Shown here piece by piece: positions 24,790 through 39,055 of a DNA stretch of 64,000 bases. The stretch spans positions 508,132,958-508,196,957 of the forward strand of contig NC_133617.1 of assembly GCF_048593235.1 (NCBI RefSeq), read 5' to 3'. Source of the DNA: Sminthopsis crassicaudata. Taxonomy: Eukaryota. A program made the position numbers and the translations under genes. Under the pieces are notes generated by a model. It had not been told where the DNA came from. It ran no database searches and saw nothing but the letters and a program-made list of their open reading frames with translations. Every line of letters begins with the position of its first letter. The stretch's first letter is position 1.

Positions 24790-24920
24790 TTTCTTTTTTT
24801 TTTTATTAAAGCTTTTTATTTACAAAACATATGCATGGGTAATTTTTCAACATTGACCCTTGCAAAACCTTGTGTTCCAAATTTTCCCTCCTTCCCCCCA
24901 CCCCTTCCCCTAGATGGTAG
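24790..24920 (-). mobile_element. Short young marsupial L1 3' end
   Basis: ttattaaagctttttatttacaaaacatatgcatgggtaatttttcaacattgacccttgcaaaaccttgtgttcc; little apparent decay. Confidence 0.9.
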
Positions 24921-27195
24921 ACTATTATTCATTTCAAATTTCAAAGAGATGATTTTGGAAGGGAAAGAAAATTCTTTGTTATATTACAATAATCATTCAA
25001 AAATATAGTAAAGGAAGAAGAGAAAGAGATCTGAAATCTGATATGTTAGTCTTTCCATGAGAGGCAAACTAAGTTTCTGGCATAGTTCACTTTAAATGCC
25101 CTCTTTGTGGTTGCATCTAATTTTTATATTATAAAAGAAGATGCTAATTTAAGAGAAACCTCCAGCTTCTCTTTTATTTTTGCCATTCAAGAGGCTGAGT
25201 TTTTTGTTTCTCTATTAATAATGCTTTTCAGTCACTTGGGATATTTGGCTTTGGGTGTTGTAAAATAATGATACCTCAGCCTCTTGGATAGAAGAGTTGA
25301 AAGCTATTTGGTTGCCAGACTTTAATCTTATCTAAGGTTTTGTGATGTCTCAAGGTTTGCTTTTAACTCAGAATTTTTTCTAACTTCTAGGCCATGTTAT
25401 TAACTCCAACTGCCAAAGACTTAATCATGATAATTAGGCTTCATTAAGCATGACTGGTCTGGCAAGAGAAATGAAAATAATTGTTGGACAACAGAGAATG
25501 TGTTAGCCAAAAATGAATGGTATATTTTTCCCACTAATAATAGGGGTCAGTTACCTTTCCCCTTTATCAGAGTACCTAGAATAACACTAGCCAAATACTC
25601 AGGAGAAAAATAGCCAATTATTTACTTATCTCATCTACTTTGAACTTTTACCCTCTGATTGCCTATTATAAATAAAAATGCACTTTCTGAAACTACAAAA
25701 ATGAATGTTTTTAAAACACTCAGGATATTTCCTTGATACTTGTTTTCCTTTCAGATTAATGCATTCATGAAGAAGTAATTTTATCAACCACCAAAATCAT
25801 TTGGTTAATTCTCTGGGCACATTCAATTTCCTGCATTCCACATTTTGGAAGATCTAACTACCTTTACATTTAGAGTAGATATGTTGAATTATTTAATATT
25901 CTTTCTAAGTTGAGGTTCTACCCAACTTTAAAGTTAGGCATGAGCATTAGGTATTGTTGGAATTCAGGCTTTTTGAGCTTTAGGTATCAATTTGCACTTA
26001 CCGGATGTCAGCAGTAAATTAATTTAGTGCTATCAGAGTTCTCCCATTGAGGGATTCTGAATTTGCTGAACTTTTCTACCTTCCTACTTCATTGTCCATG
26101 TAGTTGAATGAAAATACCTATATTGATACAATATTAAGACCATAAATTTAACAATACAGAACTTGGGAAATGCACATTTTACTTTTCTCATAATAACATT
26201 TTCTCCCTTGTGCTCTACAATGGTTGAACTTAAGCCATATTCTGGGAGAAGTAACTAGGTCAGGGATTTCAGTAAAATGTAGAGGCATTAGTGTTGCTGT
26301 AAGAGCACCAGTGTGTTATATTTCATTTATATTTCATAGCTCTTGTGTTCCTAAATTTGCAAGATGAATGGCCTTTTCTATTTGTCCTGCAAGAAGATGC
26401 TAAGTCAATCTGATGGATGTCATTGGGGCATGCATAGAGTGGCTTTTAGAAAATCCTTTGGGAAACATGGTCCCATCTGTAGCTGCAATAGTATTTCCTA
26501 TTCATTCTGAAATGGTCTTAGAAAATAACATGTGAATCTTTCCAGTCCAGGCTAAACTCCCTTATTGTCCCACTCTTCAGATTCTATCACATCAGACTCA
26601 GGAGCTGATGGATATTTCACAGGCTAAGGAAACATTGATTTACTTGAGAATTATGTTTTAATATAAATATTAACTTTTCATTTATTTTCATTTTTTTGCA
26701 AATAAAAATGATAAAAAGCAAATTAGCTATCCTTTTTTTGGTCTGTAGTTTTAGATTTTTCCCTATGATATTTAACTACACTGCTTAATAGGATCAGCAG
26801 AATACATTTTTCCCCTGAGAAAGTAACTTTTCTTTCTCTGTACTTCCTTCAGACTAGGCCTCTTAAGCCAAACTAGGATAGTCATAATAAGCTATGGCTA
26901 CTTCAGGAGCTTGTGGGAAGGGATGATGCCCAGCCAACTTCATTATACCAAGTAATATTTTTACCTTTTGATCTGATTTGACATATTGCAAACTACCATG
27001 AATTACTCTGGGTTAATAAGATTACCACAAAAACCCAAGTAAGAAATTCCATAGAAAACTTCCAAGGATATACTTCTTACTTCTCTATTGAAGATACAAT
27101 AGTTAATTGATATTATCCCAAATGTGTAGACACATTAAGTTTATTTTCATTAAGAAAACCACAATTCCCAGAAAATCTACAAGAAAATGGACACA

Positions 27196-27385
27196 AATTC
27201 ATAGATTTAGAGCTGGAAGGGAACTTAAAGGTCATCAAGAACAAACACTTCATTTTACAAATGAGAAAACTGAGTCATAGAGAGGTTTAGTGCCTTGCCC
27301 AGGGTCATACAATAAGCATCTAAAATGAGATTTGAACTCAGGCTTTACTGACTTCAAGACCAATGTTCTACTGACTATTTCATAC
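27196..27385 (-). mobile_element. MIR (L3-type tail)
   Basis: catagatttagagctggaagggaacttaaaggtcatc..cattttacaaatgagaaaactgag..tttgaactcagg. Confidence 0.88.
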
Positions 27386-28249
27386 TATACTTAAAGAAAA
27401 ATATGGGAATTTTACCCACTGGGGAGTCAGACCTTGATCTTCTGTGATAGACCTGGATACTCAGCACTATATTAAGATGGCATTAGATGAAATAAACTTC
27501 ATATTTCATTTGTTCAGTCATAAGCATCTATTGTCTACTTGCTCTGTGATAGTATAGAGGCATTATGAAAGCAATTACCATAAAATAAATAAAAGAGTTT
27601 AGTCTGCTCATGGATGAATTTAAAATTTGGAGAAATTTGGTACTGGCAAATATGCATAGAGTCATGGACTCGGTGGGGGCAAAGTATCTTGGATTTTATA
27701 GTTTTGGATCCTTAGAAGACCAGCTCTGCCTAACTCTGCAGCTTTCCTACCTGAATCACTTTGGCCAATTCATTAACATTCTCTGTCCTTATTCTGTCTA
27801 CAAAATTAAGTAGTAGGGCTACTATCTTGAGCTATACTTCTGTGATCCTAGGTGTAACTAGGAATTGTTGGTGTGGAGGGCAAAGTTGGCTAACTGATAC
27901 CTGCTTCTTTTTCCTCTATCTTCCTTTCTGGGAGGGGCAAAGCTGCCAGACTGTTCCTTTATCTACCCATGGGACTTGGCTTTCTTTCCTTGTCCTTCTC
28001 CCTATTTTGGGATTAATATTGACTCAGCCACACCTTGTTACAATAATTAGGTCCTTATCTCAAGCATGAAAGAAATCAAGTTTAAATTTTGCCTATTGGA
28101 AAGCTAATTAAATTATTAATTTAAAAAAATCATAACTGATCCTGAGGCTCCAAATTAATAGACTAGAATCTTAGCCCTATTGTAATTATTTATGAAATTT
28201 GGCGAGTTATCAGCTTCTACCATTGTCTCCCAACCAACTAATGTATAAA

Positions 28250-28400
28250 TATGGATTTGGAACTAGAGATCTTGGGTTTGAATCCTACACCATACCACTT
28301 GCTGTCTACATAATCTTGGAGAAGCCACTTTACTACTGTGGTGGTACTTTTCTCATCTGTAAATGAAAGGATCAGGCTGAATGATCTTTCAGTTCTAACT
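28250..28400 (+). mobile_element. MIR fragment
   Basis: cttgggtttgaatcc..ttctcatctgtaaatgaaagg. Confidence 0.7.
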
Positions 28401-28405
28401 CTTTT

Positions 28406-28646
28406 GGGCGACTAGGTAGTACATAGAGAGCCAAGTCTGGTGTCAGGAATATCTAAATATAAATACGACTTTAGACACTAAACGTGACCCTAGACAAGTC
28501 ACTCAATACTGTTTGCCTCAGTTTCCTCATCTGTAAAATGAGCTGGAGAAGGAAATGCCAAACCATTCCAGTATCTTTGCCAAGAAATCCCCAAATGGAG
28601 TCCCAAAGAATTAGACATGATTAAAATGATTAAACAATAACACAAC
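28406..28646 (+). mobile_element. MAR1-type SINE
   Basis: gcctcagtttcctcatctgtaaaatgagctggagaaggaaatgccaaaccattccagtatctttgccaagaaatcccc..aacaataac. Confidence 0.9.
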
Positions 28647-29869
28647 TCTTGTGGTTGACCATAGATCTTATTTGAAGAAAAATAAAAGTCAAAATAAAGA
28701 AATTAAGGAAACTTGAGGACTTAAATATATAAGAATGGCAAATAATGAACAGTGACAAGGAGGAAGGGATACCAAAGAGAGAAACCTTTGAGTTTCCTCT
28801 GCCTCTCTGAGAGAAACAGTTCAGCTACCTCTCTTACAGAGGTAGAATTCATGACTGGAGGCATAGCCACAAAGGTCAAGTTTCCAGAACAAGAATGAAA
28901 ACTCACTCTAGTCACCATGGATGCCATGCTTTCCCTTGTTCTTTGATGGCAGGGGATGATATCACAACTATCGCCACCACCACTGTTGCTGCTGCAACAA
29001 CACAGCTCCAGATCCCAACTCTTCCCACTCTATCATAGATCAATTCAAAGGCTTGCCCTAGAAAGGCATTATCCTGCCCAGTGTATCCTTTCATTTCATT
29101 TGTTCCAAGGCTAGTAAAGACAATGAACCCCAGGGTCCCAAGCAAGAGTTTACAAAATTTCTGTGAAAGCTTTAGAATTACTTCTTGACACTAGAAGAGT
29201 CTAAATACCATGTTATCCCTTTACAAAGGAGAAAACAGATCCAAGGTTAGTCATATGGCTAGTCAATTGAAGATCTGGTTAGGAGAAGCCATTTCCTTTA
29301 ATTTCTAGACCACTGGGTTTTTTATTTTGTTTTGTTTTGTTTTTGAAGCAACAGAAAAGCATTCTTGAAGTCTCACCCAAGAAAATATACAATAAATCCA
29401 AACAGTTCCAATGATACATCAAAATGCATTTTTGGAAACTATATGGGAAGTAATCCTGAAAAATAGATCATTTTAATTTCCATATAATTTTGGCTAAGGA
29501 TAAACCTGCATTTATTATTTGTTATCACCAGATGCATTCAGTGATAGATTAGAAATGCTGATGCTCTAGTTTCAGGAAACTAGGAAACTGAAAAAGAAGC
29601 ATATTAATAGGTACAAAGGAAAGATAGGATTTTCCCCCAGCAACAATGGATGAATGATTCTGCAAACTGCAAAGCAATGAAAAGTTGAAATTGTCTGTAT
29701 AGTACTCCATGAATTTCATACTTAACTGTGAAAGGAACCTCGAATAGTCACATTGTTGACTTAGCATAGGGAGAAACATCCTGTATAAGGTCTACCCAGG
29801 TACTTCTTGGTGAATGGAGGGTGCCTGCTCACCCTTTTAACAAAGTTCCTTTTTGAGAAATAAAAGGCT

Positions 29870-30050
29870 TAGACTGTACCCTCAAGAACTCTGGACTTGG
29901 AACTAGAAGATTTGAATTCAAATTCTGACGCCATACCACTTGCTAATTAATGTACTGGGAAAGTCACTTTACCATTGTGGGTTTTACTTTCCTCATCTGC
30001 AAATAGAAAGTTTGGGTCAAATGACCTTCCAGCTCTGAATCTCTGATGCT
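29870..30050 (+). mobile_element. MIR (L3-type tail)
   Basis: gatttgaattcaaattctgac..ttcctcatctgcaaat..gaccttccagctctgaatctctg. Confidence 0.8.
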
Positions 30051-33000
30051 CTTATGGTAAATCTTGGACCAGTTTTTGAAGTTAAAAAACAGATAGGGCA
30101 GAGAAGGTATTGAATGTGCTTTCCAAATAGAAAGACAAGGATGTAAGCAACACATAAAAGTGATAACTAACAAGATAAGTAAGGAAGTAACAAGGCTGGG
30201 CTCTTTACAATCTTCTGAAAATACAAGAGCTAAAATCTTAAAAGAACAGACCTATGGAATAAAACCTCTGAATTCTCTCTGCATTTTAACTAATCTGTCA
30301 AAAAACAATTTATCAGCACACAAACTTTACTCCTTGATGAAAAGTCCAAATTAGTAGTTTTCTCCTTCTAATTAGAAATTTCCTCTGATCCAAACATTAC
30401 CACATACATTTTATATAGTAATCATAAAATGAAAAATCAAATTTCACAGCAAGATAATAGTTTAGGTTTAGGGTTTTTTAAACATTTTCTCAAATAAAAT
30501 AATAGTGATGCCAATGTCAGTACACCCTTAGAGAAACATCTTAAAAGCAATCTCTCTCTTAAGTTTCTTCCTTTCAATCTAATCAAGGTACCCTTCTTAA
30601 CAGGACTAATTAAATACTTTCCACTTAGTGTGGTCATCAGAAACAAGGCAAATTTTTATCTTAGTTTCAAGGAATCAGGATTCCTTCTATTCAAGGAAGA
30701 CTGGTGTTATTTTTCATTCACTTTGCCCAGGACTTCAGACTGTGATAATCAAAACATTATTTTTTTTAACATTTTATATCATAACTACTCTATACTTTTT
30801 TAAAACTACTCTATGCTTCTATAAGTCTCCTACGAATGTTGGAATTCTAAAGTTCAATATTTTTGGGATGCTCCTCACTCAAGATGCAGATACCTTGCTT
30901 TTTCTTTGTGTCCCTGGAAAATATAAGTAATATTTCACTGCAATATTACATTGGATTGTAAATGATAGTAACCTGATTGACAAGAATACCTGGGATCTAT
31001 TGAATCCCTTACAAATTATGCATACACATCTAAGCATGCTCTGCTTAAGATCTTGAAAACAGAAGGTTATGTTGTTTTTAATCTTAACACTTAATTTTTG
31101 TTGCTGAATTTGCTCCTGAATCTTGGTAATGGTTTTTGTTTGATCATTCTTGATTTTTTAAAAAAGGATGTCCTCTTGTCTAAGAGGCAAAGATTCATAG
31201 CTGTAAGCAACCAGCAAGTAATGAGAAAACAAAGATAACACAAATAGTACAAAAAGGATTATAAATTATGTGTCACCAGAGAGACAAATAATCTGGTCCA
31301 CACTTCTTTAATTGGAAAATGATTCTTTTGTGGACAACTTTTCCTTTAGTGGAGATAATTAAATCAACTGTGACCAGTTATTGATAAAGCATAGTTAGAA
31401 ACCCTCTAACAATCAGTAACTACTATGTATTTTCCAGTTTTTCAAGAAATGTCAAGCTGAAAAGGTATTTTGATAAACCTCAATGAGAAGTTTCTTTACA
31501 CAAAATTCACCCTGCTTCTGCCCCATAACACTGGGTTTGCTTAATTAGCAATCATGCTTCAGACCTGTCATAAAATGAGGTTATGTTGTCTGTTTACATT
31601 TCGAATACCTTGCAAGCAGACTATTGACAAAGAAGTCTGTATGGTTCCCTGTTATTGTTGTTGCTTTTTAAGTAAGGGAGCATTTTTAATGACTAAGCAT
31701 GATGTTGGGATTGCAGAGAGATGAAAGAAACTTAGGTATTTCTAAAGCCACAATATAGCGCTTCAGGAGCTCAGGATTTGGGAGTATGACTAATGGATGC
31801 AGCACAGCTATAGTTGAAGAGATTGAAATAGTAAGGATTATGAACATGACTTGATTACCCATTGGTGATTTTCTTCTAGTTATATTTTAGAGACAGCAGC
31901 TTCAGTAGATTCTGAAATTGTGGATAAAGACATTGAATTATGCAGTACAGAAAAGTGCATTTTACCGAGACCTTACTCTCATTATTACAATTAAAGTGAA
32001 GGACGAATGAAAACATTGATTCATAAGACAAAACAAAGAGTTCTCAAAGAGGAAAAATAACTCATAAGTAGCTAGAAGAGGCCTTAGAAAGTATTTGACC
32101 TCCCATACTTTAGACATAAAAAATTAAAAATCTAGAAAGATTTGCTTATCTCTGGTTATACAATAAGAACCAATTGTTTGTAGATAAAATTTGGGGAAAT
32201 GATTCTTAAGGTAGAGAAATATATATCTCAGATACTCAGTAATGGAGGAGGACCTAGCATACTAAGTCAGGAAGACAGGGAAAGAAGTAGTCTTAAAAAA
32301 AGACTATTTTATCTCTAGAATAGGTATCCCCTAATTAGGTATACCTATAGAGAGTAGGTATATACTCTCTTCTCCTAAACCCCAAATCTTTCATCTGTAC
32401 TTCTTCTTTCCACCATCAAAGCTACAAGTTTTGTATCAGTTATACTAACATCACTTTCTTATTTTAGGTAAAGCTTTTTTCCCTCCATATTCAGCTAATG
32501 TTGAACAATTTTCTTAGTTAGTCTGAGGAGAAATATTTGGGAATATTTCAGAAGAAACATTCAGCCACAGGGTGGGAGGAGCCCACTGAGAATGAATATT
32601 GCAAATGTTGGGGGGGAATACTTTCTGATTCAGTGTTTAAATCATGTTTGTAAGAAAGGAGAAAAAAAGCAAGGTAAGGACAAAGGAATAAAGGGAAAGA
32701 AGAAAGGAAAGAAGGCAGAAACTAGGGGACAGAAGTAGATCCAAGCTTTGAGCTTTATTATCATCAGGGGTACCAATTCTAATCTGATTCTTCACATATG
32801 TGATTCAGTAAGTCCTGTTGTGATTTTTAAAAAATGTGTATTTTCATTTAAAGTTGATAAAAATAAACATTTTTGTTCCACTGAAGCAGTTTTTATACTA
32901 TTGTTGGCAGATCAAATGCTATTTGCAGTACATCTATAGTCTTAGATAAAGTCAATTTTCACCATCAATAAAGCATATGTAAATATAATATCCAAGAGCA

Positions 33001-33779
33001 TTAGTAATTGGTTAAGCATTTTTGCATGGGGAGTGTTCCTGGAAAGCTCTGTGAGGCTTGGCAGGAATTAGAAGTCCTAGGACTATGCTCTGTCTCTGGA
33101 ACTGTAGAAGGACTTTTTAAAGGTCATTCAAGTTTGGCCTACATTGCAGCTTTCTTATCCATAAAACACATTTGGCTCTATATATAATTTCTTCCACATC
33201 AGGATCACTGTAGGAATCAGTGATTGAAAAAGTTTCAAAGTTATTCAAATAAAATGTGCATGTCAAATGTTTATTAAGTATCTATAATGCACAAGGTACC
33301 ACATGCCATTTTAATAAGGGATCCATATTCTTACCTCCACAAAGTAGTAATTATGTGTTCTTTTAAAGAAACTTTTAAAAATTTCTAATGTTCTATAATT
33401 AATTCATTGAAATGTAATATTTACTGCCAGTTAGTCTTTTGACAATTTTATGTAACCCTTTTAGAAACCTAAAATTAATCTTTTTCTTGCCTCAACTTAG
33501 TCTCTTCTATTAAAATAATACCCATTTGGTGAGATAGGTGTGTGTTAGAATTCCCAGCTTAATTTCTTCAGAAAACCTAGACCTGGGGACAAGAAATATT
33601 TTATCTTGCCAGAATTAATAGATCACAAAATTTCAGAATTGGAAAGTACTTTCAGAGGCACTCTAATACAAAAAGAATTATCTCTACAACATCCTCAATC
33701 CATAGTCATCTACCATTTCCTCTCCAAATCTCCATGATGGTAAATCTAGTCCATTGGCTAATGAAAAGCCATACCTTTC

Positions 33780-36085
33780 CCTATCCCACTCCTCACTTAA
33801 TTTACCCTTCCCCTTCTCACATCCCACTCCAAACTTGCTTATCCCTACCACTGTGCCTAATGAAATTCTAGTTCCATAGTAAGCAAACCTCTTTTCATTT
33901 TACATCTTTTTCTCAAGTTTCTTTCTACTTATACTCAATTTGTTACATCTGATTGGTTATACACAGAGAAAAAAGTCTCCCATTGTCCCATCATTTAACA
34001 GACTTTGCTCTTTTCAAGTTGACTCTTCAAATTTATCATTCAAACAAATTCCTAGAAGTAGTAACTTATCAGAATCCAGGGCATTCTCCCTCCTTTCTCA
34101 AGAAGTTCTGAACATACAGTCTTCTTTAGTCTAGTTGCTGCCCTTAAAATAGAATATTTCAATATCAGATTGGTGTCCCTTCAAACATCCCCAGTCTCCT
34201 TAATTTCCCTTGAATTAGTAGTTCCATTAAATCTCACCTATCACTTTCATGATCTTGCCATCCTCCACAAATATTTTACTTCCATGATAAAAAAAAACAC
34301 CTGTATCTCATCATCAACTCAACCTCCTGTCATTTCATATTTATTTACGCTTTACCTTTTCTAAAGCTGTACTTTCTCACCAGGCCTGTCAATTCCCCCA
34401 CATTTCAATAAATGTCTACTCAATGAGTGCATTTTTGGTCTCATTTTTCCTTTATCCCAATCTCAATCACCTGTAGTTAATCAATTCAACTCACTGTCTT
34501 CTGCTCATAAACTCTTCTCTTTTCCTTTTCTATCAATACTTATTCCTACCAACCCTCAACTCTAGAGTATACCCACAATTTTCTTTCTCCATTTCTACAT
34601 ATGGGCTGCTAAAAGGAGCTGAAGGAAATCACACAAGACTCAATTAGTCCATTACAAATAAGTGCTGATTCTAATCTCAATAGGATTTTTTTTATTAAGA
34701 TAATCTTTTTTAACCTTTCTCTATCTCACCATAGAAGTTATTTCAAACTTTCTCTTCTCAAGCCTCCCATAGCATCACCTTCATATACCTTCTCAACTTA
34801 TGATCTCATATCACACTTTACCTTTACTGTAGAATTAGATTTTATTCACCATAAGTTTTCTCTCCTCTCTTTTCCTACATAATCAAAACCCTTTAATATC
34901 ATCCTGAATCCTTCTCTAGGTGGCAATTTTTCTTCTCCTTGCCAAGGTCAGTCCTCTATGTGTGCTCTTGTTCATCTCCCCAGTCTTCAGTCTTTATTCA
35001 TTGGTTCCTTCCTTACTACCTACAAACATTTCCCAACTTCCCTTAACTTTAAATAGATTCTATTATGTTCTCAAGCTATAAGTCTACATCTCCTCTCTTT
35101 TTCTGTATAATTTCTAGGAGGAAAAAACAAGTTGTCTACAAATGTGGTCTCTATTTCCCCTTTTTTCACTCTTTTCTCAGTCCTTTGCAATTTGGCTTCC
35201 AAGGTCATCATTCAACTAAAACTGCTCTTTCCAAAGTTACTATTGATCTTAAATATTAAATCTGATGGCCTTTTAAAATTTTCCATCCTAATTGACCTCT
35301 TAGCAGCATTTGATACCATCTAATATTCTCTTATGTATATGCTTTCCTCCATGAGTTTTCATGGCACTACTATCTTTTATATCTCTTTCCTACCCTTTCA
35401 ATTGAAACTTTTCAGTTTCTATTCTGGTTTATCATCCACACCATAGGCCCTAACTGTAGTTATATCCCCAAATCTCTTTTCTGTACACTTAATGAATTTA
35501 GCAGCTCCCCTGAGCTCCAAAACTAGACCCACCCTCTATATTCTGCTGTAGTTATGCATCTCCAGGTAGATTTCCCAAAGACTTCTCAGTTTTATAATCT
35601 TGGGATTATCCTGGAGATTTCTTTTATCTATTCAATTCTCTAACCTTGGCAGTTCTTTTTCCACAATATTCCTCACTTCTGACCCCTTCTCTCTACTTAC
35701 ATGGCTATGATCCTAGTTAGGGTACTTGTTATCATTACCCTTTGGCCTACACTATTTCAATATCTCCTATTTGATTTTCTTGTCTTAAACCTGTCCCCTC
35801 TTTAATCCATCCTCCATATACCAGCCAAAGCAATTTTTTTCAAGAGTGTGTTTGACCCCATCACTCCCCTACTCAGTAAATTCCACAAGTTCCCTGGGAA
35901 CAAACACAAGGTTTTCTGGCATTTAAAGTCATTTACAACCTGGACTTAAACTACCTTATATATTACTCCCATTCTCATAGTTTACAATTCACTTTTATGT
36001 CTTATACAATTTGCCCCCTTTGTTTGGGAATTATTTCTCCCCCACCTCTACTTCTTAGAATCTCATTTCCTTCAAAAATCATCTA
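33780..36085 (+). mobile_element. Long L2 LINE relic retaining degenerate ORF2 (endonuclease-end and RT motifs)
   Basis: The ORF track shows PLQFGFQGHHSTKTALSKVTIDL and, in another frame, SILIDLLAAFDTI, matching the L2/CR1 RT motifs PLQSGFRxxHSTETALxKVxNDL and LLDLSAAFDTV. Continuous pyrimidine-rich L2-like sequence surrounds them. Confidence 0.85.
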
Positions 36086-38169
36086 GAGCAAAACTGATAA
36101 CAGAAAGCCTAGAGAAACACATTGAGATAAATTATGTGTTGAAGAATGAATTGGGGTAAATTAGAATCAATAAACCAACCAGCAACTTGTTTGTAGTAAG
36201 AACAACTCCCAAAATTACTAGTACATTTAAAGGAATTCTACACTTCTAGATCGGTCCAAAGCAGAAAGATTATTATATTTCCTCACACTCTAGCCAGTAA
36301 CATCTGTATATCCTCATTTCAGTTGGCTGGTCCAACTCAAAAAGTCTTGGAAGAAAGTAAATGAGTCACCGTGAAAGGATTAATAAAAAGGGCAAAATCA
36401 AGTCATTTGCTAAGCTTTATATGTCATTGGACTTGAGCTTCACTAATAAACAATAAACAAGGTCTGTCTTCAGGAAGGGAATGTTATTATGCTCATAGAG
36501 ATGATGTTGTGACCTTTATCAGAGTAAAACGTAGGAATATGTGAACACTGCATATTTCTATCATTTAAAAAGTTGGGAACTTTCTTTGAAAAAAAGATAT
36601 GTTTTGTTTTTAACATAATAGTTTCCAACAAGCCATCAAATAAATGTACAAAGTACATTCCCAGAAATAAGCTAAGCAGAACTGCCTAATAACATATCAC
36701 ATTTTCATCTGCCTCCTGTTTTTAGGCTAGGCAAATGCTGACAAAGGTCAAGTTGGCTTCAGATCAGAAGATTTTAAAAACTCATCAAACTAAGAGCCTA
36801 AAATATTGAGGATCATTCCAAATGGGAGAGCTTTGTTTTTTTTAATCCTTCCATTCTAAGCTATCATGGACAAAGCTGCCTGGGTAGCAGCCAGTAAGAT
36901 CTGTGCCTATAGCAGGATTTTGCCAAAGAATCCACCCTGTTCCAAAAAGGACTGGCTCAAAGCTGGGAAAAGCTAGAACCTCCAATTGCATTTATCTTAA
37001 CACACTGATATGTCAGTTATCTTCTTATAATACTTTCCTGGAAATGACATCATTAGTATTTTTTTCCATTAATAAGTTCAGTTCTCCTATATCTGAAATA
37101 GTAGATGAGTTCATACATATGGGGTCATGTGGTACAAGATTGTCATAAATTTAAACATAATGGTGATCTTTGTATCTTTGCAGGGTTACACAATGCAGTC
37201 CTCTAGAATTGAATTTATTATACTATGCACTCCTCAGCCCATCATCACAGAGAAAATAACTGGAGCAATCTGATTCTGTAACTCCCAAGTCTGAAGAGTA
37301 AAGGGCAAGTTGAGATGCAAGGAGATGGACTGTGATAGAAATTAAGAAGAATTAGTAAAGATTGTTTATAGACTTTCTGCAAAAACATCTGAAAATATTC
37401 AACTAAGTATCATTCATAGCACAATTGGTAGCCTAAGGAATATCATCCTTTGTTCATTCATTCCACAAGGAATTTATTAAATATTTACTATGTGCCAAGC
37501 ACTTTGCTAAGTCCTGGGGATAATTTTTTGAAACCATTCCTTACCCATAAACAGCTTATGTTCTGGGGGTGGGAGGACAGAACAGTATTTAAGTAGTTAA
37601 ATGAATACAGAATAATTTCTAGGATAAAGGACACAAGCAATAGAAATAAACAGTAAAGTTCTCTTGTCAAGAGACTTGAGCTAAACCTTAAAGGATGCAA
37701 AATTTTCTAAGGGACAGGTAAAGAGGAAATGAATATCAGGTATAGTCTATGCAAAGGTAAAGAAATATTCTGAAGTGAAATGCATGATACGAGAAACAAT
37801 AAGGTGAAGAGTTTGGCCAGACCATAGGATATATAAAAGAAAATTAATAAGCCTGGGGGTTTAGAATGGTAACAGATTATTAGGAGCTTTAAATGAAGAA
37901 CATAAGAATTTGTATTTTATTTTAGAGTTAGTAAGGAGCCAATGGACTTGTTGGTCAGAGCTTTTCTTTGGAATTTTAGCAGCTTCACAGAAAATAGATT
38001 TGAAAATGAAGAGAATTAAGGCAAGAAAGGCTACTGTAGTAGTACAGGCAAAAGATGATGAAAGACTGAACTATGATAGTGATTGTATGAGTAGAAAAGA
38101 AGATAGAGTGAAAGATAATGTGAAGAAATAAAGGAAAAATAGGAAAGAAGGAAGGAAGGAAGGGAGGAA

Positions 38170-38430
38170 GGAAACAATCATTTGTTAAGCAACTGTCTAT
38201 GTTAGGGTTTGTGTTAAGTGTTTTACAAATATCTCATTTGATCCACACAATGACCACAGAAGGTAGATATCATTATTATTATTATTCTGATTTTATAGTT
38301 GAGGAAACAGGCAAATAGATTAAGTGACTTGTCTAAGATCACACAGTTAATAAGAACCTTAGTTCAAATTTGAACAGTCTTTCTGACTTCAGACCTGGAG
38401 TACTATTTACTGTGCTGTTTGGCTAACTGT
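38170..38430 (-). mobile_element. MIR nested in L2
   Basis: gttttacaaatatctcatttgatccacac..ttttatagttgaggaaacagg..aagtgacttg..tttgaacag. Confidence 0.82.
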
Positions 38431-38864
38431 ACAGAGTATAATTGACAAAATTTGATAACTGATTGGACATGTTAGGGGCAGGTTGCTATGAGGGAGAGTA
38501 AGGAGTTGAAGATGACTGAGTTTGCAAATCTAATAATTTGAAGTATACAATGATCCTTGTATCCTTGTAAGGATCATTGTATCCTTAATAAAAAGAGGAA
38601 TATTAGGAAAGGGTTTGAAAAAATAGTGGTCTGTTTTGGACATTCCTGGAACATTTAGTTGGAAATGCCCAATAGTCGGTTAGCTCTAGTCCAATAGGTC
38701 AAGAGCTCAGTGGAGAGATTAGAACCGGGTGTGTAAACCTGAAAGTCATCTGCTTAGAGGTGATGGTTGAATCTATAAGAGTTGATGGAAAAAGATGTAG
38801 AAGAATTGTAGGGAGCCCACAGCAGAGCCCTGGGATATATCCGAAAATTGAAGAAAGAACATAT

Positions 38865-39055
38865 GGGGAAACAGCATGGTAAGGTGGAAGGAACGCTGAC
38901 TCTGGAGGCAAAAACCTTGAGTTTAATTCTCAGCTCTGATATTTATTAACCAAATGACCCTGTTTAAGTGAGTTAAGCTCAGTTTCCTCATTTGTTAAAT
39001 AGGAATGTTGGAATAGATATCCCCTAAAATCACTTTTAACTCAAGATCTGTGATG
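38865..39055 (+). mobile_element. MIR nested in L2
   Basis: ctcagtttcctcatttgttaaataggaatgttggaatagatatcccctaa. Confidence 0.75.

Noticed and set aside
28960-29010. GCC/ACC/GCT/CAA triplet-rich stretch resembling a coding or 5' UTR exon
   Set aside because: No convincing splice sites or open frame; short low-complexity tract.
35065-35323. ORFs with reverse-transcriptase motifs
   Set aside because: Frameshifted, stop-ridden L2 relic, not an intact or domesticated RT gene.
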